A stretch of DNA of 64,000 bases from Candidatus Saccharimonadota bacterium (GCA_029288485.1 JARIHC010000007.1:14364-78363); one strand, 5' to 3'; shown: positions 23,763 through 33,575, counted from the first letter of the stretch. The notes: a model not told the origin generated them from the sequence alone. Numbers and translations: made by a program.

Positions 23763-24374
23763 ATGAAAGCCAATAAAAGATCGAAGACGTTTAGCGACAG
23801 CTTAGAGACCTGGCTTAAGGGCAGGCAAAATAAAACTTTGGCCGGCTTAGACGCTGTGTTTCAAGACAAGAGCTTTGCTATTACTTTTTTAGTTTTAATG
23901 GTCTTTCCAGCATTGCCGCTTCCTACAGGCGGCATAACCCACATATTTGAAATAATAGTCATGCTTTTGTGTCTTGAGATGATGGTCGGGTTTAAGACAC
24001 CGTGGTTGCCTAAAAAATGGAAAAATATGCAACTCGGTAAATTATTAACCGGTAAAATAATTCCCACCATCCTTAAGTGGATTCGTTGGTTTGAAAAACG
24101 TTCCAGTCCCCGTGCTACTTGGATCTTTGGGTTGCCGCTCGCATCTAGGTTAACCGGGCTGTTGATATTAATCTTAACGCTAACTGCCTTTTTGGCGCCT
24201 CCATTTTCCGGCTTGGACACATTGCCCTCGCTAGGTGTTGTAGTTATTAGCCTGGCAATTATCCTGGACGATTTTTTATTGGCTCTGTTTGGTGCTTTGG
24301 TGGGTGCAGCAGGAATAGCTCTCGTAATTACACTGGGCGCAGCTGTTATAGAGTCATCGCGCCACTTTTTATGA
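23763..24374 (+). CDS. ExoD-like membrane protein (exopolysaccharide synthesis family)
   Basis: About 200 aa with 4-5 TM helices. The 'ALPLPTGGITHIFE' pattern is reminiscent of ExoD. Assignment is tentative. Confidence 0.4.
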   Translation: MKANKRSKTFSDSLETWLKGRQNKTLAGLDAVFQDKSFAITFLVLMVFPALPLPTGGITHIFEIIVMLLCLEMMVGFKTPWLPKKWKNMQLGKLLTGKIIPTILKWIRWFEKRSSPRATWIFGLPLASRLTGLLILILTLTAFLAPPFSGLDTLPSLGVVVISLAIILDDFLLALFGALVGAAGIALVITLGAAVIESSRHFL

Positions 24375-24765
24375 GTGCTGCGAAAAGCCGCCCAGTGCAC
24401 AAGGAGCTGGACGGCTTAAGGTATTCGGCCTACTTAGGCAGGACGAATGATAGAAAAAAGGGGGCTTGCTAAGTGCGTACCTCCCGCACGTTCGCATTCA
24501 TTGCCTGCCCGTTAGATCTAGGACTTTTCAATGGATTACCCCCTTTCTGTTTTCGAATTGTTAATGCTTATACTGTAACACTCCTTCATTAAAAGTCAAT
24601 TATAACCTTGCATGTCTTCGTTCTACCTGTTACACTACCTCCGCTAGAAAAAAAGCTGCTATATAACGGTTACGTTAGGTTCTGGTTTTACAAATAAAGT
24701 AAGTGTACGAGGAGCAGCTGACTTGGTTACGCCATAGTTACCTCAAACATTAGGAGATAAATATT

Positions 24766-25017
24766 ATGGCAACCAAACTTTTTGTAGGTTCTCTTGCATG
24801 GGCCACAAACGACGACAGTCTAAAAAAGTTTTTTGAAAGTGCAGGCACAGTTGTGTCGGCTAACGTGATTACGGACCGTGAATCGGGCCGCAGCCGCGGT
24901 TTTGGTTTTGTTGAGATGTCTTCCGACGAAGAAGCCAAAAAAGCCATCGACGAGCTGAACGGTAAAGACCTAGACGGCCGTCCTATCGTCGTAAACGAAG
25001 CCAAACCCCGCGACTAG
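24766..25017 (+). CDS. RNA-binding protein with a single RRM domain
   Basis: RNP-2 'KLFVGSL' and RNP-1 'RGFGFVEM'. 83 aa. Confidence 0.9.
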   Translation: MATKLFVGSLAWATNDDSLKKFFESAGTVVSANVITDRESGRSRGFGFVEMSSDEEAKKAIDELNGKDLDGRPIVVNEAKPRD

Positions 25018-25068
25018 ACAAAACATACACAGCTACAAGTTGTAATTACCATATTTAAATGGTATAGT

Positions 25069-25848
25069 ATGCGTATGGAAACTGTCGGAGGCGAAACTGC
25101 GCCGCATACCATTACTCCCGAGGAAGTCCGCGACTTGTCTCTGGGTGAAATTACAGAACAATATGGCACACTGGGTTTATATACCAGGCTTCAAGATAGT
25201 CTAAAAATACACGGACTTGATCAAAACGAGGAAGTTCTTTGGGCGATGCAGCTTGGCCTTATGCTGCATGCTAACGATAAGCGTACCAACGGCCACTACG
25301 AAGACCATGTTATGCGGGCCACGCTGCGTATACTTGATCACTATGAGATAGACGATCCGAGTATTATAGCGGCGGCGCTTCTTCATGACAGCATAGAGGA
25401 TCACCCTAAGGACCTTGTACTTGCTCTTACTGGAGAGAAGATTGATGACGTACGGGCTGCACGCACAAGAGGCCTGGAGCTAATATCTAACTATGCTGGA
25501 GATGAAACCTCCGATATAGTCAGCGCGGTTACTAACCCAATCTTGAAAGAAGGCGAAGATAAACTAGTTGTCTACGGCGACCATACGGAGAACCTAGTTC
25601 TAAACCATCCAAAGGCGCGAGTGGTTAAGCTGTCTGATTTTACGGATAACGCTGTTGGCAACCATTATACTGTGGGCGACAAACAGCGCGATCTCGATCT
25701 GAAATACTTAGATCAATACCGTATACACCGCATGGGCTTGTTCATGCCCGATAGTCTAATCACAGGCCAAAAAAGGCAGGAGATTTTAGCGCAACTTACA
25801 GTTGCTCATATGCGGTCTCTATCTAGGTTAGCTAAAGCTGCTAACTAA
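25069..25848 (+). CDS. HD-domain protein, RelA/SpoT-type hydrolase-like
   Basis: 'HYEDHVMRAT' and 'AALLHDSIEDH' (HD motif in SpoT-like context). No synthetase domain. Confidence 0.55.
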   Translation: MRMETVGGETAPHTITPEEVRDLSLGEITEQYGTLGLYTRLQDSLKIHGLDQNEEVLWAMQLGLMLHANDKRTNGHYEDHVMRATLRILDHYEIDDPSIIAAALLHDSIEDHPKDLVLALTGEKIDDVRAARTRGLELISNYAGDETSDIVSAVTNPILKEGEDKLVVYGDHTENLVLNHPKARVVKLSDFTDNAVGNHYTVGDKQRDLDLKYLDQYRIHRMGLFMPDSLITGQKRQEILAQLTVAHMRSLSRLAKAAN

Positions 25849-25850
25849 AT

Positions 25851-26111
25851 TTACTGTTGTGAAGCGCTAGAACTACTACTTTTACTGTTGCTGGAGCTGG
25901 AAGAGCTCTTTTTGGCTTTACTTTGATCTGGCTTAGCGAAATGCGGACCTGCGTTCTGGCTAGTGCTGGTGGCTTGGTCCAAAGCTTTGTCGCTGTTTTG
26001 CTTAGTGTGGTATACAAACCAGCCAACGAAGCCTATAGCGGCAACTATAACTATGACTAAGATTATTTCGACGGCGCCATAGCCTTTTTCATTTTTATTA
26101 ATTGATATCAT
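25851..26111 (-). CDS. small type IV pilin-like protein with a Ser-rich tail
   Basis: Class III signal 'NEKG|YGAVE' with Glu at +5, followed by hydrophobic 'IILVIVIVAAIGFVGWFVY'. The C-terminus is poly-Ser/Lys. The ORF could also start at 26150. Confidence 0.55.
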   Translation of the reverse strand: MISINKNEKGYGAVEIILVIVIVAAIGFVGWFVYHTKQNSDKALDQATSTSQNAGPHFAKPDQSKAKKSSSSSSNSKSSSSSASQQ

Positions 26112-26236
26112 CTGCGGTGCCCTTTGTTTAATAGAGTATATGCTAAACACTTTACGTTAAGGCATGGGACGAATCAAGCCGTTTATTTTGTTTATGCTTG
26201 ACCATGTTTTAGCAAACCACTAGGCTTAAAAATACG

Positions 26237-27538
26237 ATGACATCACTTGGTAAAGCAAAACAAGCAAAAGACCGGGCAAAAAGCTTCGTAGCCCAGAAGC
26301 TGAGCAAGCCCTTCAGGCCGAGCAAACGCTTAAAGCCAGAGGACTTTATAGAAGCGCGGGAATATATTGATAGCTACTGGTCCAAGGTAGAAAGGTATCA
26401 CCCAAAAGATGACGAAAGTCTACTAGGCTTACCTAAGCCTTATTTAGTGCCGTCATATCGAGAAAAAACTGGTTTTGATTATAACGAACTTTATTACTGG
26501 GATAGTTATTTTATGGTTCAAGGCATGCTGGATCCAGAACACGAGGTTCTGGTCACCGGTATTTTAGAAGATCTGAACTCGCTGTTTAAGAGATTCAAAG
26601 TTATTCCCAACGCTTCGCGCACTTACTTAACCGGCCGGTCACAGCCGCCGCTTTTATCAACTTTTATATTTGACGTTTACGAAGCCTATAATCCTGGCGC
26701 CGACTGGCTAAAGAAAAATATAGAGATTGCTAAAAAGGAATATAAAGTCGTCTGGATGGGCAAAAAGAAACCTAACGAGCGCAAGGTGTATCAGGGCCTA
26801 AGCAGGTACTATGATTTTAATTATCTGCATGATTTAGCTGAGGCCGAAAGTGGCTGGGATATGACGCCGCGGTTTGATAGGCACGCATTAAATTATCTGC
26901 CCGTTGATCTAAACGCCTTGCTTTATAAGTACGAGACCGACTTTGCTCGAGCTGCCAAAATATTTGGCGACAAAGAGGAAGAAGAGCAGTGGGTGGCAGC
27001 GGCTAAAGAGCGTAAAAAAACCATGGATAAATTAATGTGGGACAGAGCCCGAGGTCTCTACTACGACTACAATTACGTGAAAGAAAAACGCAGCAGCATA
27101 AATAGCCTGGCGGCTTACTTCCCGATGTGGGCTGGCATGGTGACCAAAAGCCAGGCCGATGCTCTAGTCAGGGCGCTAAGACGTTTTGAGAACAAAGGCG
27201 GTCTAGCTACTACCGACGCGTTGCCGCTTGGTCAGTTCGTGCTTGGCAGCATGCCAACTCAATGGGCTTATCCTAATGGCTGGGCGCCGCTTCATTTTAT
27301 AGTTGTTCAAGCCCTGGAGCGTTACGGCTACCACGCGGACGCCCAGCGCATTGCTTACAAATGGCTGGAAACCAACTTGCAATGGTTTCAAAAGCACCAT
27401 GTATTTTTGGAAAAGTACAACGTTGTTTCTCCGGAAAAGCCGCCTCTCAAAGGGCTTTATCCTAGCCAGACCGGTTTTGGCTGGACGAATGCTATTTTCG
27501 AGCGCTTTTGCCAAGATTATATAGACAAGCATGACTAA
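26237..27538 (+). CDS. trehalase (GH37)
   Basis: 'ELYYWDSYF', 'GRSQPPLLS', 'ESGWDMTPRF' and 'QWAYPNGWAPL' match the GH37 signatures. Confidence 0.85.
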   Translation: MTSLGKAKQAKDRAKSFVAQKLSKPFRPSKRLKPEDFIEAREYIDSYWSKVERYHPKDDESLLGLPKPYLVPSYREKTGFDYNELYYWDSYFMVQGMLDPEHEVLVTGILEDLNSLFKRFKVIPNASRTYLTGRSQPPLLSTFIFDVYEAYNPGADWLKKNIEIAKKEYKVVWMGKKKPNERKVYQGLSRYYDFNYLHDLAEAESGWDMTPRFDRHALNYLPVDLNALLYKYETDFARAAKIFGDKEEEEQWVAAAKERKKTMDKLMWDRARGLYYDYNYVKEKRSSINSLAAYFPMWAGMVTKSQADALVRALRRFENKGGLATTDALPLGQFVLGSMPTQWAYPNGWAPLHFIVVQALERYGYHADAQRIAYKWLETNLQWFQKHHVFLEKYNVVSPEKPPLKGLYPSQTGFGWTNAIFERFCQDYIDKHD

Positions 27539-27667
27539 AAAGTCGAATGCTATAATTAAGACTAGAATGAAGAATCTATTGATGCCTAGAACCAACCTAA
27601 TGCCCCCAGGGGCATAGAAAACTTATCTTCAATTTTATTAACTTTATACTAGAAACGGAAACATCAC

Positions 27668-29128
27668 ATGAGTAATTACTACGTAACTACATCTTTGCCG
27701 TATGTAAACGGCGAACCGCACTTAGGTCACGCTATGGAATTTGTGATGGGCGATGTGCTTGCGCGGGCGGCCCGGCAACGGGGTGATAAAGTAATCTTCA
27801 GCACTGGTACCGACGAACATGGCGGCAAAATCGCCGAAAAAGCCCAAGAACTAAAAGTTACGCCCAAAGAACTGGCCGATCAAATGGAAGCACGGTTTCG
27901 TAAATTGACCGAATCGCTGAACATTAATAACGACCGTTTTATTCGTACTACAGATAAAGGGCACGAACAGCGCGCTCAACTTATATGGCAGGCACTCAAA
28001 AAAGATATCTACAAAGGCAAGTACAGCGGCTGGTACTGTACTGGAGACGAAGCGTTCTTTACCGAAGCCGAGGTTAAAGCCAATAACGGTGTATGCCCCA
28101 ATCACAACCGGAAGTACGAAAAAGTCGAAGAAGAAAACTACTTTTTTAAGCTCAGCAAATATACGATACCGATTCGAAAAAGTATTGAGAGCGGTGATTT
28201 TACAGTTATTCCAGAGACGCGCCGCAACGAAATACTTAGCCTGTTAAGAGATGGGTTGGAAGATATAAGTATTAGTCGGCCTTTAGATAAAATATCTTGG
28301 GGTATTCCTGTGCCTGGAGATTCTAGCCAAGTAATGTACGTTTGGTTTGAAGCTCTCATGAATTACATAACGGTCATCGGCTATCCAGAACACAAAGATT
28401 TTAAGCTATTTTGGCCGGCCTCGATGCAAGTGGTGGGCAAGGACATCGCTCGATTCCACGCTGCTATTTGGCCGGGCATGTTGTTGGGGCTTGGTTTGGC
28501 GTTGCCACGAAAGTTGTATGTTCATGGCTTTATCAATGTGGACGGCAAAAAGATGAGCAAAAGCCTGGGTAACTATGTAGCGCCTCACGAAGTAATAGAA
28601 AAATATGGCGCGGATGCTTTCCGCTACTATTTTCTGCGGCATATACCAAGCTATAACGATGGTGATTTTTCTTGGGAAAATTTCGAAGCTGCCTACAATA
28701 ACGAGCTAGCCGACGAGCTAGGCAATGCCGTTCAGCGTACCGTTGCAATGATCCAACGCTATCAAGATGGCGTGATTGGGGACATACCGCCTGCTAAGCA
28801 TGATATTGCCCAGTACGAGCAAGCAATTGAAAACTGCCGGTTTGACCAAGCACTTAGCGAGGTTTGGGAACAAGTCCGCGGTCTTAACCAGTACATTGAA
28901 GAGGAAAAACCATGGAAAGTGGCCGAAAAAGACACCGACCACTTACGCGAAATATTAGCTTACCAAGTTAGCTCGCTGCTTGAAATCGCGGAACTACTAA
29001 CGCCGTTTTTACCTGACGCTGCCGCTAAAATCCAAACCGTCTTCAGGGAAGGTGTGGTGCAACCATTGAAAGGTACGCTATTCCCTAAGACCGATTCTGG
29101 CAATACTGCCGCCAAGCCATCTCGATAA
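27668..29128 (+). CDS. metG: methionyl-tRNA synthetase
   Basis: 'PYVNGEPHLGHA' (HIGH) and 'KMSKS'. 'WFEALMNY'. Confidence 0.9.
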   Translation: MSNYYVTTSLPYVNGEPHLGHAMEFVMGDVLARAARQRGDKVIFSTGTDEHGGKIAEKAQELKVTPKELADQMEARFRKLTESLNINNDRFIRTTDKGHEQRAQLIWQALKKDIYKGKYSGWYCTGDEAFFTEAEVKANNGVCPNHNRKYEKVEEENYFFKLSKYTIPIRKSIESGDFTVIPETRRNEILSLLRDGLEDISISRPLDKISWGIPVPGDSSQVMYVWFEALMNYITVIGYPEHKDFKLFWPASMQVVGKDIARFHAAIWPGMLLGLGLALPRKLYVHGFINVDGKKMSKSLGNYVAPHEVIEKYGADAFRYYFLRHIPSYNDGDFSWENFEAAYNNELADELGNAVQRTVAMIQRYQDGVIGDIPPAKHDIAQYEQAIENCRFDQALSEVWEQVRGLNQYIEEEKPWKVAEKDTDHLREILAYQVSSLLEIAELLTPFLPDAAAKIQTVFREGVVQPLKGTLFPKTDSGNTAAKPSR

Positions 29129-29897
29129 GCAAGTTGTGCGAACCGTGCAGCTGAGTTTGGCGGGCCTCTTCTATGGGCCACCATTTAGCCGCTTCAGCGT
29201 CGTCGCCGCCATTTACCGGCGGCAGATTAGGGTTGTCGCCAAGATCGAAGAAATAGGCGGTCGTTTCCGGCCAGGCATTAGCTGTCATGCGTGGATCTAC
29301 TATCAGGCCTTGGAAAATTTGAGTAGGTGTCTCATGTTGAGATAGATCCAAATTGCCTTCTTCGCTAGTCTCGCGAATAGCAGCCTCTAAAGACTCTTCC
29401 CATAAACCAGTCTCTTTGTCGAGATCTCGGAAACCACCAGTTGCTGCCCATAGGCCGCTGTCTCCTCGTCTAACCAGTAGCACGTGTCCCGCCTGCATTG
29501 CTATAGAATCAGCTGTGTAGTTTGGTCCCCATTCTCTAAAAAAACCTTTGCCCATAACTACACCAACAGCTATATCAGCAGCCATTTTGCTGTACCAGGG
29601 GTGTCTGGGCCGTCCGAACCTGTCAGTGGCGTATCCCATCTGTTCGATTTCCTCCAGCTCCTCATCGGTTGGCATGGCTTGACCCGCATTCCATGGGCCT
29701 TCGGCGTCCAGCTCAAGCCTGCCTGATTGAACCAATATATGTTTGTTGCCCCGGAAACGGTCACCCATGCTCGGATAACCTTCAGGTCTATAGATCTTTA
29801 GTTGTGCGGCTAAAGATCTGAGGCTTTGCTGTATGAACTCTTGTTCGGCTTGGTAATTAATTTCAGGCTGCTGCAACGGCATGCTTTCCAAACTCAT
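29085..29897 (-). CDS. Nudix hydrolase (NUDT9/ADP-ribose pyrophosphatase-like)
   Basis: Nudix-box-like 'GGF...EESLEAAIRETSEEGN'. Start placed at the ATG preceded by AAGGAG. Overlaps the pncB 3' end by 35 nt. Confidence 0.6.
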   Translation of the reverse strand: MSLESMPLQQPEINYQAEQEFIQQSLRSLAAQLKIYRPEGYPSMGDRFRGNKHILVQSGRLELDAEGPWNAGQAMPTDEELEEIEQMGYATDRFGRPRHPWYSKMAADIAVGVVMGKGFFREWGPNYTADSIAMQAGHVLLVRRGDSGLWAATGGFRDLDKETGLWEESLEAAIRETSEEGNLDLSQHETPTQIFQGLIVDPRMTANAWPETTAYFFDLGDNPNLPPVNGGDDAEAAKWWPIEEARQTQLHGSHNLLIEMAWRQYCQNRS

Positions 29898-31125
29898 GTT
29901 GGTACTCCTTAATTTTCTCCGGCGGGCCAGTATGCTTGCCGGGGTTATCACTTAGTTTTACGGTGTCGGCTTCGCGTCCGTCGGTAGTACGCACGTGAGT
30001 AGCCTTCATGACAATGTTCAGCGCATCTGCACCTAAGTCGTTGGTCAAAGTAGTGCCCCAGCCGAAGACGACATTGATGCGGCCTTTGAAGAGCTTGTGT
30101 AGCTTAACGATTTCGTTAATATCAAGACCATCGCTAAAGACAATGGTTTTCTCTTGCGGATCGATCCCCATGTTCTCGTAGAATTCAATTACTTTTTCAC
30201 CGAATTCCACGGGGTCTCCAGAGTCATGCCTCAGGCTGCGCCACTCCTCGGCTTGTTCTTGTGTAAAGTCGCTGAAGAAGAATTCTGAACCAAAAGTGTC
30301 TGTTAGGGCGATCGACAAGTCTTTGCCGTAACGGCCATACCAATCCTGTAGCAATCGATTGTGCGAAGCGCGGATATTTTCACCGCGGGCGTCTGCCAGC
30401 CCAGCGTAAACCATAAACATTTCGTGAGCGAAAGTGCCTATGGGGTCAAGACCCAGGTTCATAGCCAGCGCTACATTGCTTGTGCCGACTAGGTTATCAG
30501 GACATTCTTCCATGAGGCGCTCTAGAACATGCCGCTGCCAGCGCAAACTAAAGTGGCGCCGGTTGCCAAAATCAGAGAATTTTATGTCCGGATTTGCCTG
30601 TAAGATAGCGATCTTTTCGCTCAAGCGCCGATCGCCTTCTTCGTAGACGTCCATGATATCCATGCCATTAGCTTCTATATAGCCTTCAAAGTAGGCCTCG
30701 TTAACCTCGCCCATCACCACCGTTTCCCAAAAAGTTACAAGCGGAGCCGGTCCGGTAGTCTCAATGGCTATATCATCCGTCTCCTCGTCATATACAACTT
30801 CGACTGGAGGCAGCTCGGCGTTCTCTAAGTAGTTCAAAAAATCATCATTGAAGACTCGTTCGCCCTTTGAATTGTTTAGAGTCGACAAATAAGCCAGTTC
30901 CTGTTGCTGCCAGCCTTGTCCGGCCAGGTAATTGAAACGCGCTTGCAAGTCATCGACTTCAACATAATCAGCGATGCGCTGTTCACCGCGATTCTTGAAG
31001 GTGAAGGTTACCTCGGCGTCCGGCTCTTGTTCGTAGAACACCTGGCTCATAGTCGGCTTATAGTAATCTAAGCCGGCGCTCAACAAGCCTTTTTCCTGAA
31101 GCGGTCCGTATTCTATGCTGTTCAT
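29863..31125 (-). CDS. pncB: nicotinate phosphoribosyltransferase
   Basis: 'FSDFGNRRHFS', 'GTSNVALA', 'GTFAHEMFM', 'HDSGDP', 'FGWGTTLTND'. Confidence 0.8.
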   Translation of the reverse strand: MNSIEYGPLQEKGLLSAGLDYYKPTMSQVFYEQEPDAEVTFTFKNRGEQRIADYVEVDDLQARFNYLAGQGWQQQELAYLSTLNNSKGERVFNDDFLNYLENAELPPVEVVYDEETDDIAIETTGPAPLVTFWETVVMGEVNEAYFEGYIEANGMDIMDVYEEGDRRLSEKIAILQANPDIKFSDFGNRRHFSLRWQRHVLERLMEECPDNLVGTSNVALAMNLGLDPIGTFAHEMFMVYAGLADARGENIRASHNRLLQDWYGRYGKDLSIALTDTFGSEFFFSDFTQEQAEEWRSLRHDSGDPVEFGEKVIEFYENMGIDPQEKTIVFSDGLDINEIVKLHKLFKGRINVVFGWGTTLTNDLGADALNIVMKATHVRTTDGREADTVKLSDNPGKHTGPPEKIKEYQHEFGKHAVAAA

Positions 31126-31874
31126 CGCAGTACTTCCTCCGGCGTGGCGGCTACTTCCGCTACGACCTCGTGGCTGTTCATCAGACGTATTCCTAAGTCA
31201 CCAAGATTCTGCATGCAGGCGTCGAAGTCCTCTGGCACTACTGCCTCTACGGCATCGGTGACAACAGTTACTTCAAAACCTTGCTTTTTAAGATCAATCG
31301 CTGTCGAATCAACGCATAAAGGCCGTTCTTTCCCGACAGTTAAGCCACAGACATAGGCACTCATGGCATTGAGCTTGCGCAAGTAGTCGGGTAGCATTTC
31401 GCGTATAGACTCTAAAGCAGGATGACTTTCAGCGTCTGGCTTAGGAAGTCCAAAGATAGGCTCGAAATCGAAACGGTGCGCGAGCACGCCGGTATAACTG
31501 TCATCATTCTCAGGTGTCTTGGCGCTAACGTCGCCTTTTACGAAGTGCGCCACTCGCTGATGGGTAGCAGCAAGCAATTCGGGATGTAATTCTGCGCCTG
31601 GAGTCCCGGCTATACAATGGGCCGGCCAGGTATCAATAAAGTTAGGCTCGGCAGAGAAGTGGGCGGTTTCTTCCGGGTGGTTGTCTTGAGTAGTTGCTAT
31701 TGGCATGCCATGGTCTAAAAATATTCCAGTCATGCCATTAATGGGGCGGACAATCGATTGGCCGTTTGGAACAGGGAGTTCACCGAATCCTGCCACACCT
31801 AACCTTTCACCTTCCTCAGCCGGCATGAAACCGCGTTGAGCATCTACTATTACCAGTGCTTTGTTATGGTTCAT
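31122..31874 (-). CDS. pncA: nicotinamidase (isochorismatase family)
   Basis: 'ALVIVDAQRGFMP', 'WPAHCIAGTPGA', and a Cys-containing 'YVCGLT...LCVDSTAIDL'. ATGA overlap with pncB. Confidence 0.75.
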   Translation of the reverse strand: MNHNKALVIVDAQRGFMPAEEGERLGVAGFGELPVPNGQSIVRPINGMTGIFLDHGMPIATTQDNHPEETAHFSAEPNFIDTWPAHCIAGTPGAELHPELLAATHQRVAHFVKGDVSAKTPENDDSYTGVLAHRFDFEPIFGLPKPDAESHPALESIREMLPDYLRKLNAMSAYVCGLTVGKERPLCVDSTAIDLKKQGFEVTVVTDAVEAVVPEDFDACMQNLGDLGIRLMNSHEVVAEVAATPEEVLR

Positions 31875-31950
31875 ATCTTTACTTCCCTACCTTTCTTGAG
31901 AGTAATTGTTAATTACACACTAAGTGTGATATACTCAGTCTAGTTAATAG

Positions 31951-31971
31951 TTAGTGTATTGTCAACACTAA
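31951..31971. promoter_or_regulatory. candidate NrtR operator, site A (TTAGTGTATTGTCAACACTAA)
   Basis: 21-bp palindrome, TTAGTGT-N7-ACACTAA, in the divergent pncA / radical-SAM intergenic region. Matches sites B and C. Confidence 0.6.
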
Positions 31972-32032
31972 TATCTAACACAACTCTAATTACAGAGGTG
32001 AAATTATTAAATTTTTAACCAGGGGGTATGAA

Positions 32033-32890
32033 ATGGGCTGTTTAAATTCGGAAGGCAACTTTGAGCATTGGTTTGGCAATATCCACTTATCCGGGCCTTG
32101 TAACCGCGGTTGCTACTTTTGTATAGGCCAGCATATGCAAGGGCTAGATAGTTTGAACAATCTAGATTCGTGGCCGCTAAAAAATATTGATGAGTTTGCT
32201 CGTGAATGCCAAGATCACAAGGTTAATGAGATAAACGTGACAGGCAGCAACACAGACCCGCTGCTATATCGTCATACGGAAGAATTGCGCGGCCATCTGT
32301 CGGCCGCAGTCGGAGAGCTGGTTATGGGGCTTAGAACAAACGGGGTGTTGATATTAAAACGACCAGACCTGTGGAGCTTGTACGATAAAGCAAGCATCTC
32401 AGTTACAAGCTTGGATCCAGACATCTATAAAGACACTATGGGCAACGGTAAGCCGCCAGACCTAGCAGCAATACGCCACTTAGACCCAGACAAGCCGGTG
32501 AAAATTAACGCGGTATTGTGTCCTGAAACGGTTGATAATCGGGATCTTATGCGCACTATTGGCCAAGCAGCCCAAGCTGGCTTTAATAAGGTTAATGTTC
32601 GGGAGCCATACGGCCAGCCGCACATTGGTGATCCGTTTGCAAAATGGGGTATAGAGCCTAGCGGCGAACGGCTTGGAATGCCGACATATGAGATTGAAGG
32701 AGCAGATGTAACATATTGGGACGTTCATTATGTGGAGGTTGAATCTATAAATCTCTATGCTAGCGGCGTAGTTAGCCTCACCTACCCCATTACCGCCGGC
32801 TACGATCCCCAAAACGGCGAGGTCTTAGATCAATCACATTTCAATAAAAGCGGCCGTGTTCACGAGCAATGGGTTAATATTGAGGGTTAG
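32033..32890 (+). CDS. radical SAM protein, unknown function
   Basis: CX3CX2C cluster motif 'CNRGCYFC' near the N-terminus. 'VTGSNTDPLLY' is a glycine-rich SAM motif analogue. Confidence 0.7.
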   Translation: MGCLNSEGNFEHWFGNIHLSGPCNRGCYFCIGQHMQGLDSLNNLDSWPLKNIDEFARECQDHKVNEINVTGSNTDPLLYRHTEELRGHLSAAVGELVMGLRTNGVLILKRPDLWSLYDKASISVTSLDPDIYKDTMGNGKPPDLAAIRHLDPDKPVKINAVLCPETVDNRDLMRTIGQAAQAGFNKVNVREPYGQPHIGDPFAKWGIEPSGERLGMPTYEIEGADVTYWDVHYVEVESINLYASGVVSLTYPITAGYDPQNGEVLDQSHFNKSGRVHEQWVNIEG

Positions 32891-33567
32891 TCAAAGCTAC
32901 GCGATAGCGCATCGAGTTCTTGTTTGTTGAAAGTATATAAGCGGGCTGGCCGGTGGGCGCCTTCGCGGCGCATCTCGCTAGTGGCATGGATTAAGTCTAA
33001 GCTCAAAAACTTTTTACGAAAGTTGCGCTTATCTAGCGGGCGGCAAAGAATCGCTTCGTAAGCCATTTGCAGCTCGGTTAGGGTAAAGAACTCGTCTAAT
33101 AAGGCGAAGACAGCATTTGTATAAGTGACCTTGTTTTGCAGGCGCTCGTGAGCGTAGCGAATAATATCGGCGTGGTCGTAGGCCAACTTGGGCAAGTTGT
33201 CGATAGGAAAAAACTGCGGGTTTTCAGTGTTTTTCCCGGCTTCTGGCACAATATCCTTGCCAAGGCCCATATAAGTCACACTAACGGCATGGCCGCGCGG
33301 ATCTCGGGCAATTGTGTCAAAAGTATAAAGCTGCTCAACTAGCTTTAGGCCAGCTGTTTTAACGCCGCCTTTAGCTAGCAGTATACGCTTCATTGCATCG
33401 TGGGTTGTTTCGCCAGCTGCATTATAGCCGCCTGGCAGCGCCCATGAACCTTTGAACGGGGCGTTAGCCCGCTGTATTAAAAGCACGGACAGGGTGTCAC
33501 CTGCTAATTGGAAGATAACGCTATCCACAGTCAGAATTGGTGCAACGTATTCTTTAAGACGGACCAT
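32887..33567 (-). CDS. nrtR: NrtR-type regulator (Nudix-like domain fused to a C-terminal winged helix)
   Basis: 'ILTVDSVIFQLAGDTLSVLLIQRANAPFKGSWALPGGY' with a degenerate Nudix box. The C-terminal ~80 aa are helix-rich ('FTLTELQMAYEAILCRPLDKRNFRKK'). Sits inside the NAD cluster. Confidence 0.7.
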   Translation of the reverse strand: MVRLKEYVAPILTVDSVIFQLAGDTLSVLLIQRANAPFKGSWALPGGYNAAGETTHDAMKRILLAKGGVKTAGLKLVEQLYTFDTIARDPRGHAVSVTYMGLGKDIVPEAGKNTENPQFFPIDNLPKLAYDHADIIRYAHERLQNKVTYTNAVFALLDEFFTLTELQMAYEAILCRPLDKRNFRKKFLSLDLIHATSEMRREGAHRPARLYTFNKQELDALSRSFD

Positions 33568-33575
33568 ATTAATTT

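Noticed and set aside
31916-31928. CACACTAAGTGTG near-palindrome upstream of pncA, considered as a fourth NrtR site.
   Set aside because: The half-sites are in the opposite arrangement (ACACT-A-AGTGT) with different spacing from the three TAGTGTA-N7-ACACT sites. It may be a half-site overlap or chance.
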